In this document: positions 39,201 to 49,403 of the stretch, one piece after another
Position numbering within the stretch: position 1 is the first letter of the stretch
How the letters are laid out: the number at the start of each line of letters is the position of its first letter
Assembly (NCBI GenBank): GCA_039679675.1
Contig: JBDKUN010000062.1
Location: 1-64,000 of the forward strand
Length of the DNA: 64,000 bases
Reading direction: 5' to 3'
From: Armatimonadota bacterium
Lineage (GTDB): Bacteria > Armatimonadota > UBA5829 > DTLH01
The notes under the pieces: model-generated
The model's input: only the letters and a program-made list of their open reading frames with translations
Told to the model about the DNA's origin: nothing
Databases searched by the model: none
Program-made: the position numbers and the translations under genes

Positions 39201-41030
39201 CTACTCCACCGTAACGCTCTTTGCCAGGTTTCTGGGCTGGTCTATATCGTGTCCACGGAATTTGGCAACGTAGTAGGCCAGAAGCTGGAGCGGGATGGCG
39301 TTTAAGATCGGAGAAAACACCTCGTCCGTCTCAGGCACCCGAATCACATAGTCAGCGAACTTGTCTATCTCAGTATCTCGCTTCCCTGCAATAGCGATGA
39401 TCTCCCCGGCGCGCGCCTTCACTTCCTGGATGTTGGATAAAACCTTGTCATACGTCCTTCCGGGGGTAGCAACAGCGACAGTCGCCATTGAAGGGTCGAT
39501 CATGGCAATCGGACCGTGCTTCATTTCGCCAGCCGCATAGCCTTCCGCGTGAATATAGGCAATTTCTTTGATCTTGAGCGCGCCTTCCAAGGCCGATGCC
39601 AGGTTGAACCCACGCCCCATGTAGAGGAACCCTGCATAGTTGTGATAGTGCTCGGCAATGTCGACAATATTGCCGATATCCGATAGATAATGGTCGGTCT
39701 GTTCCGGTATCGCCCAAAGTTTCGCGCGGAGTTCCGCGCTCCGTTCTTTCGAAATGGTGCCGCGTATACGGCCGAAGTAAAGTGTGATGAGCGCAAGGGT
39801 CATAAGCTGCGTGGTATATGCTTTCGTTGACGCGACAGCTATCTCCGGTCCGGCCTGGGTGTAAAGGACGCTTTCGGCGCCCCTGGCGACGGAGCTTTCG
39901 ACCACATTCGTAATCGCAAGGACTTTCGCGCCATGAGATTTTGCTTCCCTCATCCCTGCGAGCGTGTCCGCAGTTTCACCGGACTGGCTTATGACGATAG
40001 CTAGAGTCTTTTCGTCGATGATCGGGTCGCGGTAGCGGAGTTCAGATGCCACATCGAGCTCGACTGGAATCCTGACCAGACTCTCGATCATATACTTACC
40101 GGCCATCGCAGCGTGATAAGCTGTGCCGCAGGCGACCATTACGATCTTGTCTATCTTCTTGATCTCATCTTCCGTGAGACCTAAATCTTCGATTATTACA
40201 TCGGAGTCTTCCGAGGAAAGCCTGCCGCGCATAGTCTCTCTAAGCGCCGTCGGCTGCTCGTGGATCTCTTTCAGCATAAAGTGCTCGTAACCGCCGCGTT
40301 CGGCCATTGCAGCGTCCCAGGTGATCTGGTAGACATTGTTTACCGTGGGCTTGCCGTCCAGCGTAAGGAATTTGGCAGAAGAGCGGTCGACAACCGCCAT
40401 TGTGTCATCTTCGAGGAAATGGACATCTTTTGTATACTGCAGAAACGCTGGGACATCGGATGCGATGAAGTTTTCTCCCGACCCGATCCCCAAGACGAGC
40501 GGGCTGTGACGCCGCGCAGCGACGATAACATCCGGCTGATCGCCGCAGAGCGCTGCTATGGCAAACGATCCTTCGAGCTGCAGTGCAGCACGGCGGACGG
40601 ACTCGACAATGTTTGCCTCGCCCATCTCTTCGATAAGGTGGGCGATGACCTCAGTATCCGTTTCCGATGCGAACTTGTGGCCGCGCGCGATCAATTGGTC
40701 TTTGAGTGTAACGTAGTTCTCGATGATCCCGTTGTGGACTACGACGATACTGCCGGTACAGTCACTGTGAGGGTGGGCGTTTTCATCGGAAGGCCTGCCG
40801 TGGGTTGCCCAGCGGGTATGGCCGATGCCGAGGACTCCGGACGGCATGCCTGTCTTGAGAGCATTTTCAAGCATGCTGAGCTTTCCGACCGCTTTACGGA
40901 CGGCAATCTCCTTTCCGGAGATAATGGCAACCCCCGCACTGTCGTAACCACGGTATTCGAGTTTCCTTAATCCTTCTATCAAAAGAGGGCAGGCTTGGCG
41001 TTCACCGATGTAGCCGACTATTCCGCACAT
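39201..41030 (-). CDS. glmS: glutamine--fructose-6-phosphate transaminase
   Basis: MCGIVG, GHTRWATHG, PRNLAKSVTVE. Confidence 0.98.
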   Translation of the reverse strand: MCGIVGYIGERQACPLLIEGLRKLEYRGYDSAGVAIISGKEIAVRKAVGKLSMLENALKTGMPSGVLGIGHTRWATHGRPSDENAHPHSDCTGSIVVVHNGIIENYVTLKDQLIARGHKFASETDTEVIAHLIEEMGEANIVESVRRAALQLEGSFAIAALCGDQPDVIVAARRHSPLVLGIGSGENFIASDVPAFLQYTKDVHFLEDDTMAVVDRSSAKFLTLDGKPTVNNVYQITWDAAMAERGGYEHFMLKEIHEQPTALRETMRGRLSSEDSDVIIEDLGLTEDEIKKIDKIVMVACGTAYHAAMAGKYMIESLVRIPVELDVASELRYRDPIIDEKTLAIVISQSGETADTLAGMREAKSHGAKVLAITNVVESSVARGAESVLYTQAGPEIAVASTKAYTTQLMTLALITLYFGRIRGTISKERSAELRAKLWAIPEQTDHYLSDIGNIVDIAEHYHNYAGFLYMGRGFNLASALEGALKIKEIAYIHAEGYAAGEMKHGPIAMIDPSMATVAVATPGRTYDKVLSNIQEVKARAGEIIAIAGKRDTEIDKFADYVIRVPETDEVFSPILNAIPLQLLAYYVAKFRGHDIDQPRNLAKSVTVE

Positions 41031-41155
41031 ATTCTAATACCATCCTTAAAGTTGCCGCCTATCCAGGCGTTGATGATCTATTGTAGAACATTGGCTGCTG
41101 ATGAGGCAAATTATAGGAAGAATTTAGGATCTGGAGGATATAGTGCAAATTCACA

Positions 41156-41959
41156 CTATTTTCCTCTCCCATTCTGCCATCTGGGGGCAGTAGGGGGGCG
41201 CATTGTTTGCGAAAGAGTCTCGAACTGCTGCCGTGTCAGGATTTCCCTGAGCGCCAACTGCCGCGAGACTGTTGCATTCATCGCTTTTCGCTGGGTCTTG
41301 CCCAGTTTCGCGATCAGTGTTTTTGCCTCTTGGGGGTCAAGATCGTAGTTCAGATATAGCCTGTGCAGACTTTGAGCGTTTTGGCGAAGTTCCTGGCTTA
41401 TGGACTGCATTGTCGAGCGTGATTTTACAAAAAGCCGCTTTATCTTTTCCTGCTGCGCTGATGTGATGTCCAGCCGCTTGAGATTTTCGCCGATCAGCCC
41501 TCCATTACCTGTGGGCCAGCCGTGTATGTGCCTGCCGACGCCGTTTCCAGAGACTGCCTCGCCCAGTTGGGCGAACTGAGACTTCGTCAGTATGGACCGA
41601 AGCTTTAGCTGGTTCTCAAGCCCGATGTTATGCAGCCGGATCTGAAGCCCGTTTATCTTCCGCACGGACTCCTGAAGCTGGTTTTCATCTACTTTATAGT
41701 CCTGCAGCTGATTAAAGAGCGTCGTTCTTGCCTGCAGCAGTTCCCGTACCACTCCGGCGGTCCTCTTCCGGCTCTCTTTGATATGCCGTTGAAGCTTCTG
41801 CCGCTGCGCATCACTGAGGTTGATACCTTTACCAACACCTGCGCGCAGTGGCCTCCCCTGTGCAAAAGCAGTGCCGGAGAAGACAACCATTATTGCCATC
41901 GCAATGAACGCTGCGACAAGAAACGGCCGCGAGGCTCTGTTGACAGTACTATAAATCAT
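41156..41959 (-). CDS. Spy/CpxP-family periplasmic protein (two domains)
   Basis: Signal peptide; ILTKSQ and ILTRQQ motifs. Confidence 0.75.
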   Translation of the reverse strand: MIYSTVNRASRPFLVAAFIAMAIMVVFSGTAFAQGRPLRAGVGKGINLSDAQRQKLQRHIKESRKRTAGVVRELLQARTTLFNQLQDYKVDENQLQESVRKINGLQIRLHNIGLENQLKLRSILTKSQFAQLGEAVSGNGVGRHIHGWPTGNGGLIGENLKRLDITSAQQEKIKRLFVKSRSTMQSISQELRQNAQSLHRLYLNYDLDPQEAKTLIAKLGKTQRKAMNATVSRQLALREILTRQQFETLSQTMRPPTAPRWQNGRGK

Positions 41960-42434
41960 CCTCGAGCACCTTCATCATGGCGTCTGTAGTGTCTACTACT
42001 GAATCATCGGCAATCGGCTGGACCTGCATCAGTGTGACAGCCTGCTTTATGCTGGTTGTTTTATCATATCCCGGCTTTGGCGCCGGAGCTTGCCAGGGGT
42101 TCACCGCCACAAGCGTAATAGTGGCTGCAACAGCAACGGTCGCGGTTGCGACGGCGACTTTGCGTGAGACAGCTGTGCGGATTTTTTCGAAGACCGTGGC
42201 GCGCGCAGGAGCCCGCTCCGCCCTGATCCTAGCATGGACGAGCGCCCACACATCCGCTTTCGGCTCGTGGCTGGGCATTGTCGCCAGTTTCCCCGCAAGC
42301 TCTATTTCGGACTCCATTACAGCCCGGCACAGGGCACATGTCTCAAGATGCGCCCGAACACCCTCAGCCTCACGCGGATTCAGTAGTCCCCGGCTGTATT
42401 CCAATAGATTCGGCTGCACCTGATTGCAATTCAT
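41949..42434 (-). CDS. zinc-finger anti-sigma factor
   Basis: HLETCALC (HxxxCxxC), one TM helix. Confidence 0.85.
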   Translation of the reverse strand: MNCNQVQPNLLEYSRGLLNPREAEGVRAHLETCALCRAVMESEIELAGKLATMPSHEPKADVWALVHARIRAERAPARATVFEKIRTAVSRKVAVATATVAVAATITLVAVNPWQAPAPKPGYDKTTSIKQAVTLMQVQPIADDSVVDTTDAMMKVLEDDL

Positions 42435-43026
42435 CGCTCGTCTCCCGGTCAAAGCTCTCTAAATGGTTCCTCAACTTCCGCCTGGCCCTGAAGAGTTTTA
42501 CCTTCAGGTTAGACCGCTTCAGCCCCATAATCTCGGATATCTCATCCAAAGAACATTCCTGCACGTGGTAAAGGTCCACAAGCAACCTGTCCTCTTCAGA
42601 TAGTCTCATCATCGCCTTCTCGATCCCGGCGATTTCATCGGCGTTGATTATGCGTATATCAGGATCGACCACGTTGTCGCCGATCAGGTCCATCTCGCAT
42701 AATATATCATCGGCTACAGGCACTTCCGGGCGCACCTTGCGTGACCGCAGGATGTCCCGCGCCGTATTACCGGCGATCTTGTAAAGCCACGTCGTGAACT
42801 TCGATGCACCTCTGAAGCTCGACGCTGACCGCCATACCTTCATAAAAACATCGGCCAGAGCATCTTCGGAGTCCTCATGATTGCCGAGCATACGGTACAG
42901 GAGGCTGTACACGGGCCGTTCATGCCTGCGCAAAAGCTCACGCAGCGCGGCCTCGTCCTTCTCCTTACACCGGTAGAGCAGTTCCTCGTTGCTCACGCCG
43001 AAATCATAGATAGAATCACTGGTCAC
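42370..43026 (-). CDS. ECF sigma factor
   Basis: FRGASKFTTWLYKIA, VKLFRARRKL. Confidence 0.92.
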   Translation of the reverse strand: MTSDSIYDFGVSNEELLYRCKEKDEAALRELLRRHERPVYSLLYRMLGNHEDSEDALADVFMKVWRSASSFRGASKFTTWLYKIAGNTARDILRSRKVRPEVPVADDILCEMDLIGDNVVDPDIRIINADEIAGIEKAMMRLSEEDRLLVDLYHVQECSLDEISEIMGLKRSNLKVKLFRARRKLRNHLESFDRETSDELQSGAAESIGIQPGTTESA

Positions 43027-43057
43027 GAGACTATCTTCACTGGCCCTTTCATAAGTT

Positions 43058-43085
43058 TAGACGCACTCTGTCCAATAAGGTTACA
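43058..43085 (-). promoter_or_regulatory. ECF-type autoregulatory promoter
   Basis: TGTAAC-16 nt-CGTCTA upstream of the ECF gene. Confidence 0.7.
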
Positions 43086-43271
43086 TATAAACTTTTATAC
43101 GCTATATCAGACGGAAGAGTCACCCGGACGGGGGTATTTGGGGATGGGGGTCAGGGGATAGTGTAAAAGTCCATCGCTTAGGGTGCATGCTTCGGACTGC
43201 TTGCTGCCGAACTGGTCAGAAGCAGGCTTATGATGTTTCTTTGATGTCAATGTTGCGTATCCGATAGATTA

Positions 43272-43298
43272 GCTTCGGCGCAAAAAGCGCGCCGAAGC
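43272..43298. repeat. TGCTTCGG-family palindrome
   Basis: GCTTCGGCGC...GCGCCGAAGC. Confidence 0.75.
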
Positions 43299-43317
43299 AT
43301 TCCAACATTCAATATTC

Positions 43318-43656
43318 CTATTCCCGTAGTAGTCGTCTCAGGCTATATCCGAAAAACATTACGATTAACTCGATTACAATTGGAGCTAAATTGGTCAAAA
43401 GCGCTTTTTCGGTATTGTATCTGCCAAACCCAATAGCTACGATCATGATAAACAAGATCCACGGATTACCATTGGTAAACGCAAACAAGAGCCCGATCAA
43501 TGCCAGGCCTATCATACCTGCAGCAGTAAAAATATAGCACGAATAAGCTGGTAACAAAACCGATAATATCTTCGACATAATGGCAAGAACAGCTATAACC
43601 ACAAGCGTTTGCCAAATGAATCGCCACATTGACATGTTTTGACTATTGGAATTCAT
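43318..43656 (-). CDS. small membrane protein
   Basis: About 4 hydrophobic segments, AT-rich. Confidence 0.65.
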   Translation of the reverse strand: MNSNSQNMSMWRFIWQTLVVIAVLAIMSKILSVLLPAYSCYIFTAAGMIGLALIGLLFAFTNGNPWILFIMIVAIGFGRYNTEKALLTNLAPIVIELIVMFFGYSLRRLLRE

Positions 43657-44012
43657 TCGCCCCCCTGTTCATTTTGGATTCTATGTTTTCGACCATTTGT
43701 GATATATATATGCCAATATATTGGCATAGCAAATATATTGCAAATGAAAAGAGCTAAAATCCACTTTTTCCGGCAAGAATCAGATATAGCTTCGTTTCTT
43801 GAGGCATGAACAATATAACCAATAACTAATCCCCAAACAATAAATCCTGTGAATATTGTAAGAATAATCCCATACCAACTGAAAGGAGGAATTATTGGTG
43901 GAACTCTCGTTGACATACTATATGCCAGAGCGCTGGTAACTATCAAAAATACTACTGGCCAAAATGATAAGATACCAAGAATTATCTGCTGCCATCTTTT
44001 CATGATACGCAC
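43653..44012 (-). CDS. small membrane protein
   Basis: 3 hydrophobic segments, KKWILALF...MPIYW; 4-bp overlap with the next gene. Confidence 0.7.
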   Translation of the reverse strand: MRIMKRWQQIILGILSFWPVVFLIVTSALAYSMSTRVPPIIPPFSWYGIILTIFTGFIVWGLVIGYIVHASRNEAISDSCRKKWILALFICNIFAMPIYWHIYITNGRKHRIQNEQGGE

Positions 44013-44075
44013 TCAATTATTTTACCAATAGAACTATAGAGAATCGTACACAATATAACATAATGCTTTAATTGT

Positions 44076-44106
44076 ATGCTTCGGCGCGATTTTTGCGCCG
44101 AAGCAT
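44076..44106. repeat. TGCTTCGG-family palindrome
   Basis: ATGCTTCGGCGC/GCGCCGAAGCAT, perfect 12-bp arms. Confidence 0.8.
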
Positions 44107-44134
44107 GCCAACAGAATACTTGCGTTCTATAATA

Positions 44135-45433
44135 TCAGTTCTCCTCACCTAACAAGGTATCAATGTATTCAGTGCTTACCACTACACCGCGAGTGTCGAT
44201 CAAATTGAAATAACACACTTTCGCTCCAGAGGGAATGTTTGCAAAAATACGGTTACCAGAGATCACAGCTTGAACAGATTCCCATTTACGTTCCGGCCAG
44301 TTGCAGGTATCTTTAGAAAAGTTCAATACTGCACTAGTAATCTTTGATTTTGATTGGAACGTCGCCCAAATATGGTTACTCTCGACGCCTTGTTCAGTTA
44401 TGTGAGCAAGTGGAGCACCTTTAAAACAAAAACTGTCAGCAAAGGCATGTATTTCCTTCGGGTTTTCACCGAGGCCACCATGTCCGTGCTTCATATCTGT
44501 GCGTATGCAAAGCGTTCTGGGTCCGCTTGGCAGGCGATAGGATTTTTGTTGCGAATCAATTGGATAACTCGAGTCATTTGTGCCGGTGATCCACATCATT
44601 GGTGTTTTTACTGATTTCAGGAAGACAGACGGGTCCCAGGTTGCTAACCATTTATCAGCCTTTTCTTTTCCCATACCCTTGAATGTGTCCAGCCACGCAG
44701 AATTCTCGCCCAGAAATCCGCATCCGTAGACTGAAACTGCAAACCGAAAGCGTTTGTCTATGCCTGCGGCAATACATGTTAGATAGCCACCCCATGATAT
44801 TCCGGTAATTCCGACTCTTTCGGAATCTACCTCGGGAAGCGACCTGAGCAAAGAATTGGCCAAAAGGACATCCGAAACCCCATGATACGACCACTGATCC
44901 TGAAACGGCTCATCGATTTGGTCAAAACCACCCCAGCCAGCAGGCCCTGCCCACTGATGACGCTGCCAATTGTCATAGCTGCCGACCGGCACGCATCCGC
45001 ATGTGTCTATTGCAATTGCAGCATAACCCCTTGCGTTCCAAAGCCTGACCCAGCTTTCGAATGCCGTCCCACCGCCTCCATGTATAAGGACTATCCCTGG
45101 AACTTTTTTATCTTGAGATGCCTTGGGTAGGCCGATAAAGGCAAATACACGAGTCGGCTTGCCATGGTATGGCATTCCTTCAAAATACAAAGTTCGTATG
45201 CTGATTTGAGTGTCACTTGTCCGAAGTTCAGGAGTTGAGAGTAACTCTCCATAATACAGAGCTTTACTCCCCATCGGCTTCACATTCAGGCACTCATAGG
45301 TCTTATGCACAGTGAGCAATGTCTTCATATCCGAATCAAAAATACTATGCGATGATTCTGCGCAAGCTGCGCTGCTCACCATGAAGATAGTCAGAATACA
45401 CAGAATAAATATTAGTATCCCTATCAAAATCAC
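44135..45433 (-). CDS. secreted alpha/beta hydrolase (acetylxylan esterase-like)
   Basis: HGGGG, GISWGG nucleophile elbow, GTND, HGH. Confidence 0.85.
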   Translation of the reverse strand: MILIGILIFILCILTIFMVSSAACAESSHSIFDSDMKTLLTVHKTYECLNVKPMGSKALYYGELLSTPELRTSDTQISIRTLYFEGMPYHGKPTRVFAFIGLPKASQDKKVPGIVLIHGGGGTAFESWVRLWNARGYAAIAIDTCGCVPVGSYDNWQRHQWAGPAGWGGFDQIDEPFQDQWSYHGVSDVLLANSLLRSLPEVDSERVGITGISWGGYLTCIAAGIDKRFRFAVSVYGCGFLGENSAWLDTFKGMGKEKADKWLATWDPSVFLKSVKTPMMWITGTNDSSYPIDSQQKSYRLPSGPRTLCIRTDMKHGHGGLGENPKEIHAFADSFCFKGAPLAHITEQGVESNHIWATFQSKSKITSAVLNFSKDTCNWPERKWESVQAVISGNRIFANIPSGAKVCYFNLIDTRGVVVSTEYIDTLLGEEN

Positions 45434-45451
45434 ACTTCCCCCAATTCCCCA

Positions 45452-46039
45452 TCATTCAGGCTGCGGATGAGGCTTGTTGTGCTCAAAATATTCCTCCCAT
45501 TTTGACACGCACGGTTTGAAAAGTTTAGGCTCATCGTTTATTCCGTATTTTCGCAGCCGAGATCTCCATTCTTTCTTGCTTAATCCATTACTGAGTCTGT
45601 TAGTATGCAGATCTATTATAAAATAGCCCTGTTTCGTGCGCCTCTCATCATAATAATCATCGTAGACCGGATCACCTTTCTTTACTATGACTGGGGAAAC
45701 ATGGCCTGTAATAATGTCGGAATACACACGATAGCTATCAACATTTGGACCCACATGCGGCCTGCCCAGGTCAGGATCATTATCGTATAGGCCCTTATCT
45801 ATCTTCTTGTTAAGATCAGCAAGCTCCTTATCTGATAGTGCAGATCGATTAATGACTATATCACCAGATGAGCCAAAGTATTGGTATCCTCCATGCAAAT
45901 ATACAGCGTATTCGTGTGACAGGATAAACATCGTGATAAAAAGTAGGAAAAACAAACCTATCGCGACAGGTATCCCAATTAATATATACTTCGGTATCCT
46001 CGATGGTGCTTTTTTATTATTCAAAATCTTCCACCTCAC
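45452..46039 (-). CDS. hypothetical single-pass membrane protein
   Basis: 195 aa, N-terminal TM helix, AT-rich. Confidence 0.65.
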   Translation of the reverse strand: MRWKILNNKKAPSRIPKYILIGIPVAIGLFFLLFITMFILSHEYAVYLHGGYQYFGSSGDIVINRSALSDKELADLNKKIDKGLYDNDPDLGRPHVGPNVDSYRVYSDIITGHVSPVIVKKGDPVYDDYYDERRTKQGYFIIDLHTNRLSNGLSKKEWRSRLRKYGINDEPKLFKPCVSKWEEYFEHNKPHPQPE

Positions 46040-46099
46040 TCTGGCTCTCTCCCGGCAAGAGAAAGGATATTTTGCCGATAAATCCTTCCCTGCTCATAC

Positions 46100-47410
46100 C
46101 TACAGTCTGGTTCTCTCCTTGATCTGCAGATACCGGTTGATTACCGCCGGGGAGAGAGTGCCGGGTTCGGAGTCCACTACAACTACGCCTGCGCGCTGCA
46201 GCACTGCTATTGCCTGCTGGCGCTCGTTCAGCACCTCCACTGCGGCAGCTTTTTCGTAGACCTGCGCGGTCTCATTAGGAACAGTCCTTGCCGAAGCGAC
46301 CACGTTCGAGTCCGATATTGCCACGCACATGCACAGATGCGTCGATGCCAGTGTCTGAAGGTTCGTGATTATCTGCCTGGAAGATTCGGGGTCCAGAAGG
46401 TCCGTAAATACCACTACAAGCGACCGTTTCCGCCACCTGTGCGCCAGATAAAGCAGTGCCTTGTTGTAATCGGACTCTTCCGTAGTTATGGGAACGTTGT
46501 AAAGCGCCTGCATGATCGAAAGCGCCTGAGTGCGGCCATTTGCGGGCGGCAGGAACTGCTCCACCTTCTCCGCGAAGGTCAACAAGCCGACTTTGTCATC
46601 TCCGGCGGCTGCGATGTATGCAAGCATCAAAGCCACGTTGATCGCATAATCGAGCTTCGCCATCTCTTCCACCCGGACAGACATCGTGCGCCCGGCATCC
46701 AGAAGGATCATTACGTTCTGACTGCGCTCTACCTGATACTGCCTGCTGATCATCCTGCCGCGCCGCGCGGATGCCTTCCAGTCCACCTGCCGGAACTCAT
46801 CATCGGGAACATAGTCTCTGAGCGATTCGAACTCCGTGCCTCGGCCGTAAAGCCGGATTCTGCGGGTGCCTGCATCCAGAGTGCGCCCACGGCGGAGCAG
46901 TAGATCGTATTTTCGGATGTCCATCAGGTTAGGGTACACTTTGACAGGCTTTGCAGCCGGAATCCGGCACTGCCGGACTGCGAGGCCGAGCGGGCCCTTG
47001 AACCGGATAAAAATATCCCCGAATTCGAAGTCCCCCCGGACGTGGGGTGTGATATGATAAGTAATCTCGTGGTTTTCCCGCGGAGCGAGCTTTACCTTCG
47101 AAGTATTGCCGTCTATATCGAACGTATACGGCGGCTCGTCGCGGACAATCATGTCCAACGGTTGTTTGGAGCGGCTCCGCAAGCTTATTTCGACCGGGTT
47201 CGCCATGCCGATGGAGAGCTTGTCCTCACAGCGGCGCTCGACATCCACCGATGAACCCTTCGGCGAGAGGAGCCAGTCCGCCAGCGCGGCTGCAAAAACA
47301 ACCACGATATAGACGAGCCCGATCCATCCGGCGATTGGGACAAGTCCAGAAAACGCAAGAGGCACTCCGGCGAGTGCCAGATATAAGGCAAATCTTGAAG
47401 TTATTATCAT
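46100..47410 (-). CDS. DUF58 (vWA-associated) protein
   Basis: EFESLRDYVPDD, VDWKASAR, LLDAGRTM. Confidence 0.9.
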   Translation of the reverse strand: MIITSRFALYLALAGVPLAFSGLVPIAGWIGLVYIVVVFAAALADWLLSPKGSSVDVERRCEDKLSIGMANPVEISLRSRSKQPLDMIVRDEPPYTFDIDGNTSKVKLAPRENHEITYHITPHVRGDFEFGDIFIRFKGPLGLAVRQCRIPAAKPVKVYPNLMDIRKYDLLLRRGRTLDAGTRRIRLYGRGTEFESLRDYVPDDEFRQVDWKASARRGRMISRQYQVERSQNVMILLDAGRTMSVRVEEMAKLDYAINVALMLAYIAAAGDDKVGLLTFAEKVEQFLPPANGRTQALSIMQALYNVPITTEESDYNKALLYLAHRWRKRSLVVVFTDLLDPESSRQIITNLQTLASTHLCMCVAISDSNVVASARTVPNETAQVYEKAAAVEVLNERQQAIAVLQRAGVVVVDSEPGTLSPAVINRYLQIKERTRL

Positions 47411-47484
47411 AAGAATTTTCCGTCTACGGTCTTTCTTATACACTTCTGGCCATAATTCCTTCAATGGGAGAGAGTCAATAATCA

Positions 47485-48324
47485 ATGGAAAACGCGCGGG
47501 CAGACCTGCATTTACATACGACGGCATCGGACGGACGGCTGACTCCTGCTCAGGTGGTCGAAGAAGCCGTGCGCATAGGTCTCGCGGCCATAGCTATCTC
47601 AGACCATGACACGGTCGCCGGAATAGAGGAGGCGGTCTCGGCAGGCAATCGCCTGGGCATCGAAGTCGTGCCTGCGATAGAAATCAATACGGACATAGGC
47701 GCAGTTGAGGCCCACATTCTCGGCTACTTTATCGACTGGAAATCGGAAAAGCTCGGAAAAGAGCTCCAAAAACTGCGAAACGGCAGGTTCGAAAGAGGGA
47801 AAAAGATCGTCGAGAAGCTGCGCGCGCTCGGAATTCCAATTACACTGGAGCAGGTGCTCGCCATAGCAGGGACAGGGCCTATCTGCAGGCCGCATATAGC
47901 GAGAGCGCTCTACGAAGCCGGCGCGGTCGAAAGCCCCAGCGATGCATTCAGCCGGTTTCTTGTCAGAGGAGCCCCCGCATACGTCGAAAGGACAAAGCTG
48001 AGCCCTTACGATGCTGTGTCGATAATCGTCGATGCCGGTGGAGTGGCCGGATTCGCTCATCCGGCGCATACGGGGCATGACGAGCTGATCCCTCTGCTTA
48101 TGAAATCCGGGCTCGGAGCAATCGAAGTCTTCTACCCGAACCAACCCTCGGAGACCACCCTGCACTACCAGGCTCTTGCGAGGAAATACGGGCTGATTGC
48201 GACCGGAGGGTCCGACGCTCACGGCACTGACGCAGAAGGCGGGACTTCCATCGGCGCTGCAACGGCTGATATTCGAGCTGTGGAACAGCTCAGAGAAGCG
48301 GCCTATCTCCGTCGAAGCAAATAA
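47485..48324 (+). CDS. PHP-domain phosphoesterase (TrpH/YciV-like)
   Basis: DLHLHTTASDG, SDHD, AHP, GGSDAHG. Confidence 0.92.
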   Translation: MENARADLHLHTTASDGRLTPAQVVEEAVRIGLAAIAISDHDTVAGIEEAVSAGNRLGIEVVPAIEINTDIGAVEAHILGYFIDWKSEKLGKELQKLRNGRFERGKKIVEKLRALGIPITLEQVLAIAGTGPICRPHIARALYEAGAVESPSDAFSRFLVRGAPAYVERTKLSPYDAVSIIVDAGGVAGFAHPAHTGHDELIPLLMKSGLGAIEVFYPNQPSETTLHYQALARKYGLIATGGSDAHGTDAEGGTSIGAATADIRAVEQLREAAYLRRSK

Positions 48325-49349
48325 AGGAAAAACGGCGCGCCGAGCATTGCGGTGATTACGCCGACTGGAACTTCTCCAAGCGCCCGCGCGGCTGTGTCCG
48401 CTATGACCATGAGTATCGCGCCCGAAAGCGCCGACGTCGGCAGGAGCACCCTGTGGTCCGAACCGAACATCCGCCGGGCGATGTGCGGCACTATCAACCC
48501 TGCAAACCCGATTATCCCGCTCACGGATACCGCCGCCGCAGTGATGAGGGAGGTAGTGAGGATGATAATCAGCTTGAGTTTTTCTATATCCACCCCAAGA
48601 TGCCGTGCTGTCTCTTCTCCGAGCGTGTAGACATTGAGGTCACGGGCTATCGCGACGAGTACAGCCAGGCCGATCACGGCAAACGGAAGGATCATCACGA
48701 TATAAGACCAGGGTTTGTCCGCAAAACTCCCCAGCAGCCAGTGGATGATCACCGAGAGGTCCTGACCTGCAAGCGTCAACACAAAAGTCAGCGCCGCCCA
48801 CAGAAATGAGCCGACGACTACTCCCGCCAGAAGGAACGAGTGGATGGACACCCTGCCGCCGAACCTGGATAGCGAGTAGACCACGAGCATAGCCGCAAGT
48901 GCGAATATAAACGCCACTATGGGAACACCGAACCCTGCAAGCCAGCCCGACAGTCCAAGAAGAAATGCTATTGCCGCCCCGAACGCAGCCCCGGAAGAGA
49001 CGCCTACGGTGTAAGGATCGGCCAGTGGGTTCAGAAGAAGCCCCTGCAGCGCCGCCCCCGCGACAGCCAGAAGAATTCCGACAATAGCAGCAAGGAGAAC
49101 TCTCGGCAGTCGCATCTGCCAGATAATGGTGTCCTGCACGGCCAAATCTGACCCGCCCGCACCGTTCGAGGAAAGATGGTTTCCGAAAATATGTGAGCCG
49201 ATTATCTTTGCTACCACCGCAAACGGCGTATGCTCCGCCCCGATCCCAACTGAAACAAGCACCGTAATGGCGAGCAATACCGTAAGCAGTGTTATTCCGG
49301 CTAACCCGCGCCGCACTATTCGGCTTTTTACCACTGGCTTATCACCCAT
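48303..49349 (-). CDS. FecCD/BtuC-family ABC permease
   Basis: RLPRV, NPLADP...GVSSGA, GEETARHLGV, GLIVPH. Confidence 0.93.
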   Translation of the reverse strand: MGDKPVVKSRIVRRGLAGITLLTVLLAITVLVSVGIGAEHTPFAVVAKIIGSHIFGNHLSSNGAGGSDLAVQDTIIWQMRLPRVLLAAIVGILLAVAGAALQGLLLNPLADPYTVGVSSGAAFGAAIAFLLGLSGWLAGFGVPIVAFIFALAAMLVVYSLSRFGGRVSIHSFLLAGVVVGSFLWAALTFVLTLAGQDLSVIIHWLLGSFADKPWSYIVMILPFAVIGLAVLVAIARDLNVYTLGEETARHLGVDIEKLKLIIILTTSLITAAAVSVSGIIGFAGLIVPHIARRMFGSDHRVLLPTSALSGAILMVIADTAARALGEVPVGVITAMLGAPFFLYLLRRR

Positions 49350-49355
49350 GATTTC

Positions 49356-49384
49356 AGTATAGGCCGGACTACCAGCCAGATCAA
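49356..49384 (-). promoter_or_regulatory. promoter implying a leaderless FecCD/BtuC mRNA
   Basis: TTGATC-17-TATACT, 6 nt before the ATG, no SD. Confidence 0.55.
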
Positions 49385-49403
49385 GCGGTGAGCTTATCCG
49401 GTC

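Noticed and set aside
41031..41155. glmS ribozyme
   Set aside because: The conserved AGCGCC...GACGAGG core is not present.
43188..44106. Integron attC sites
   Set aside because: The palindromes lack RYYYAAC/GTTRRRY ends, and no IntI is in the window.
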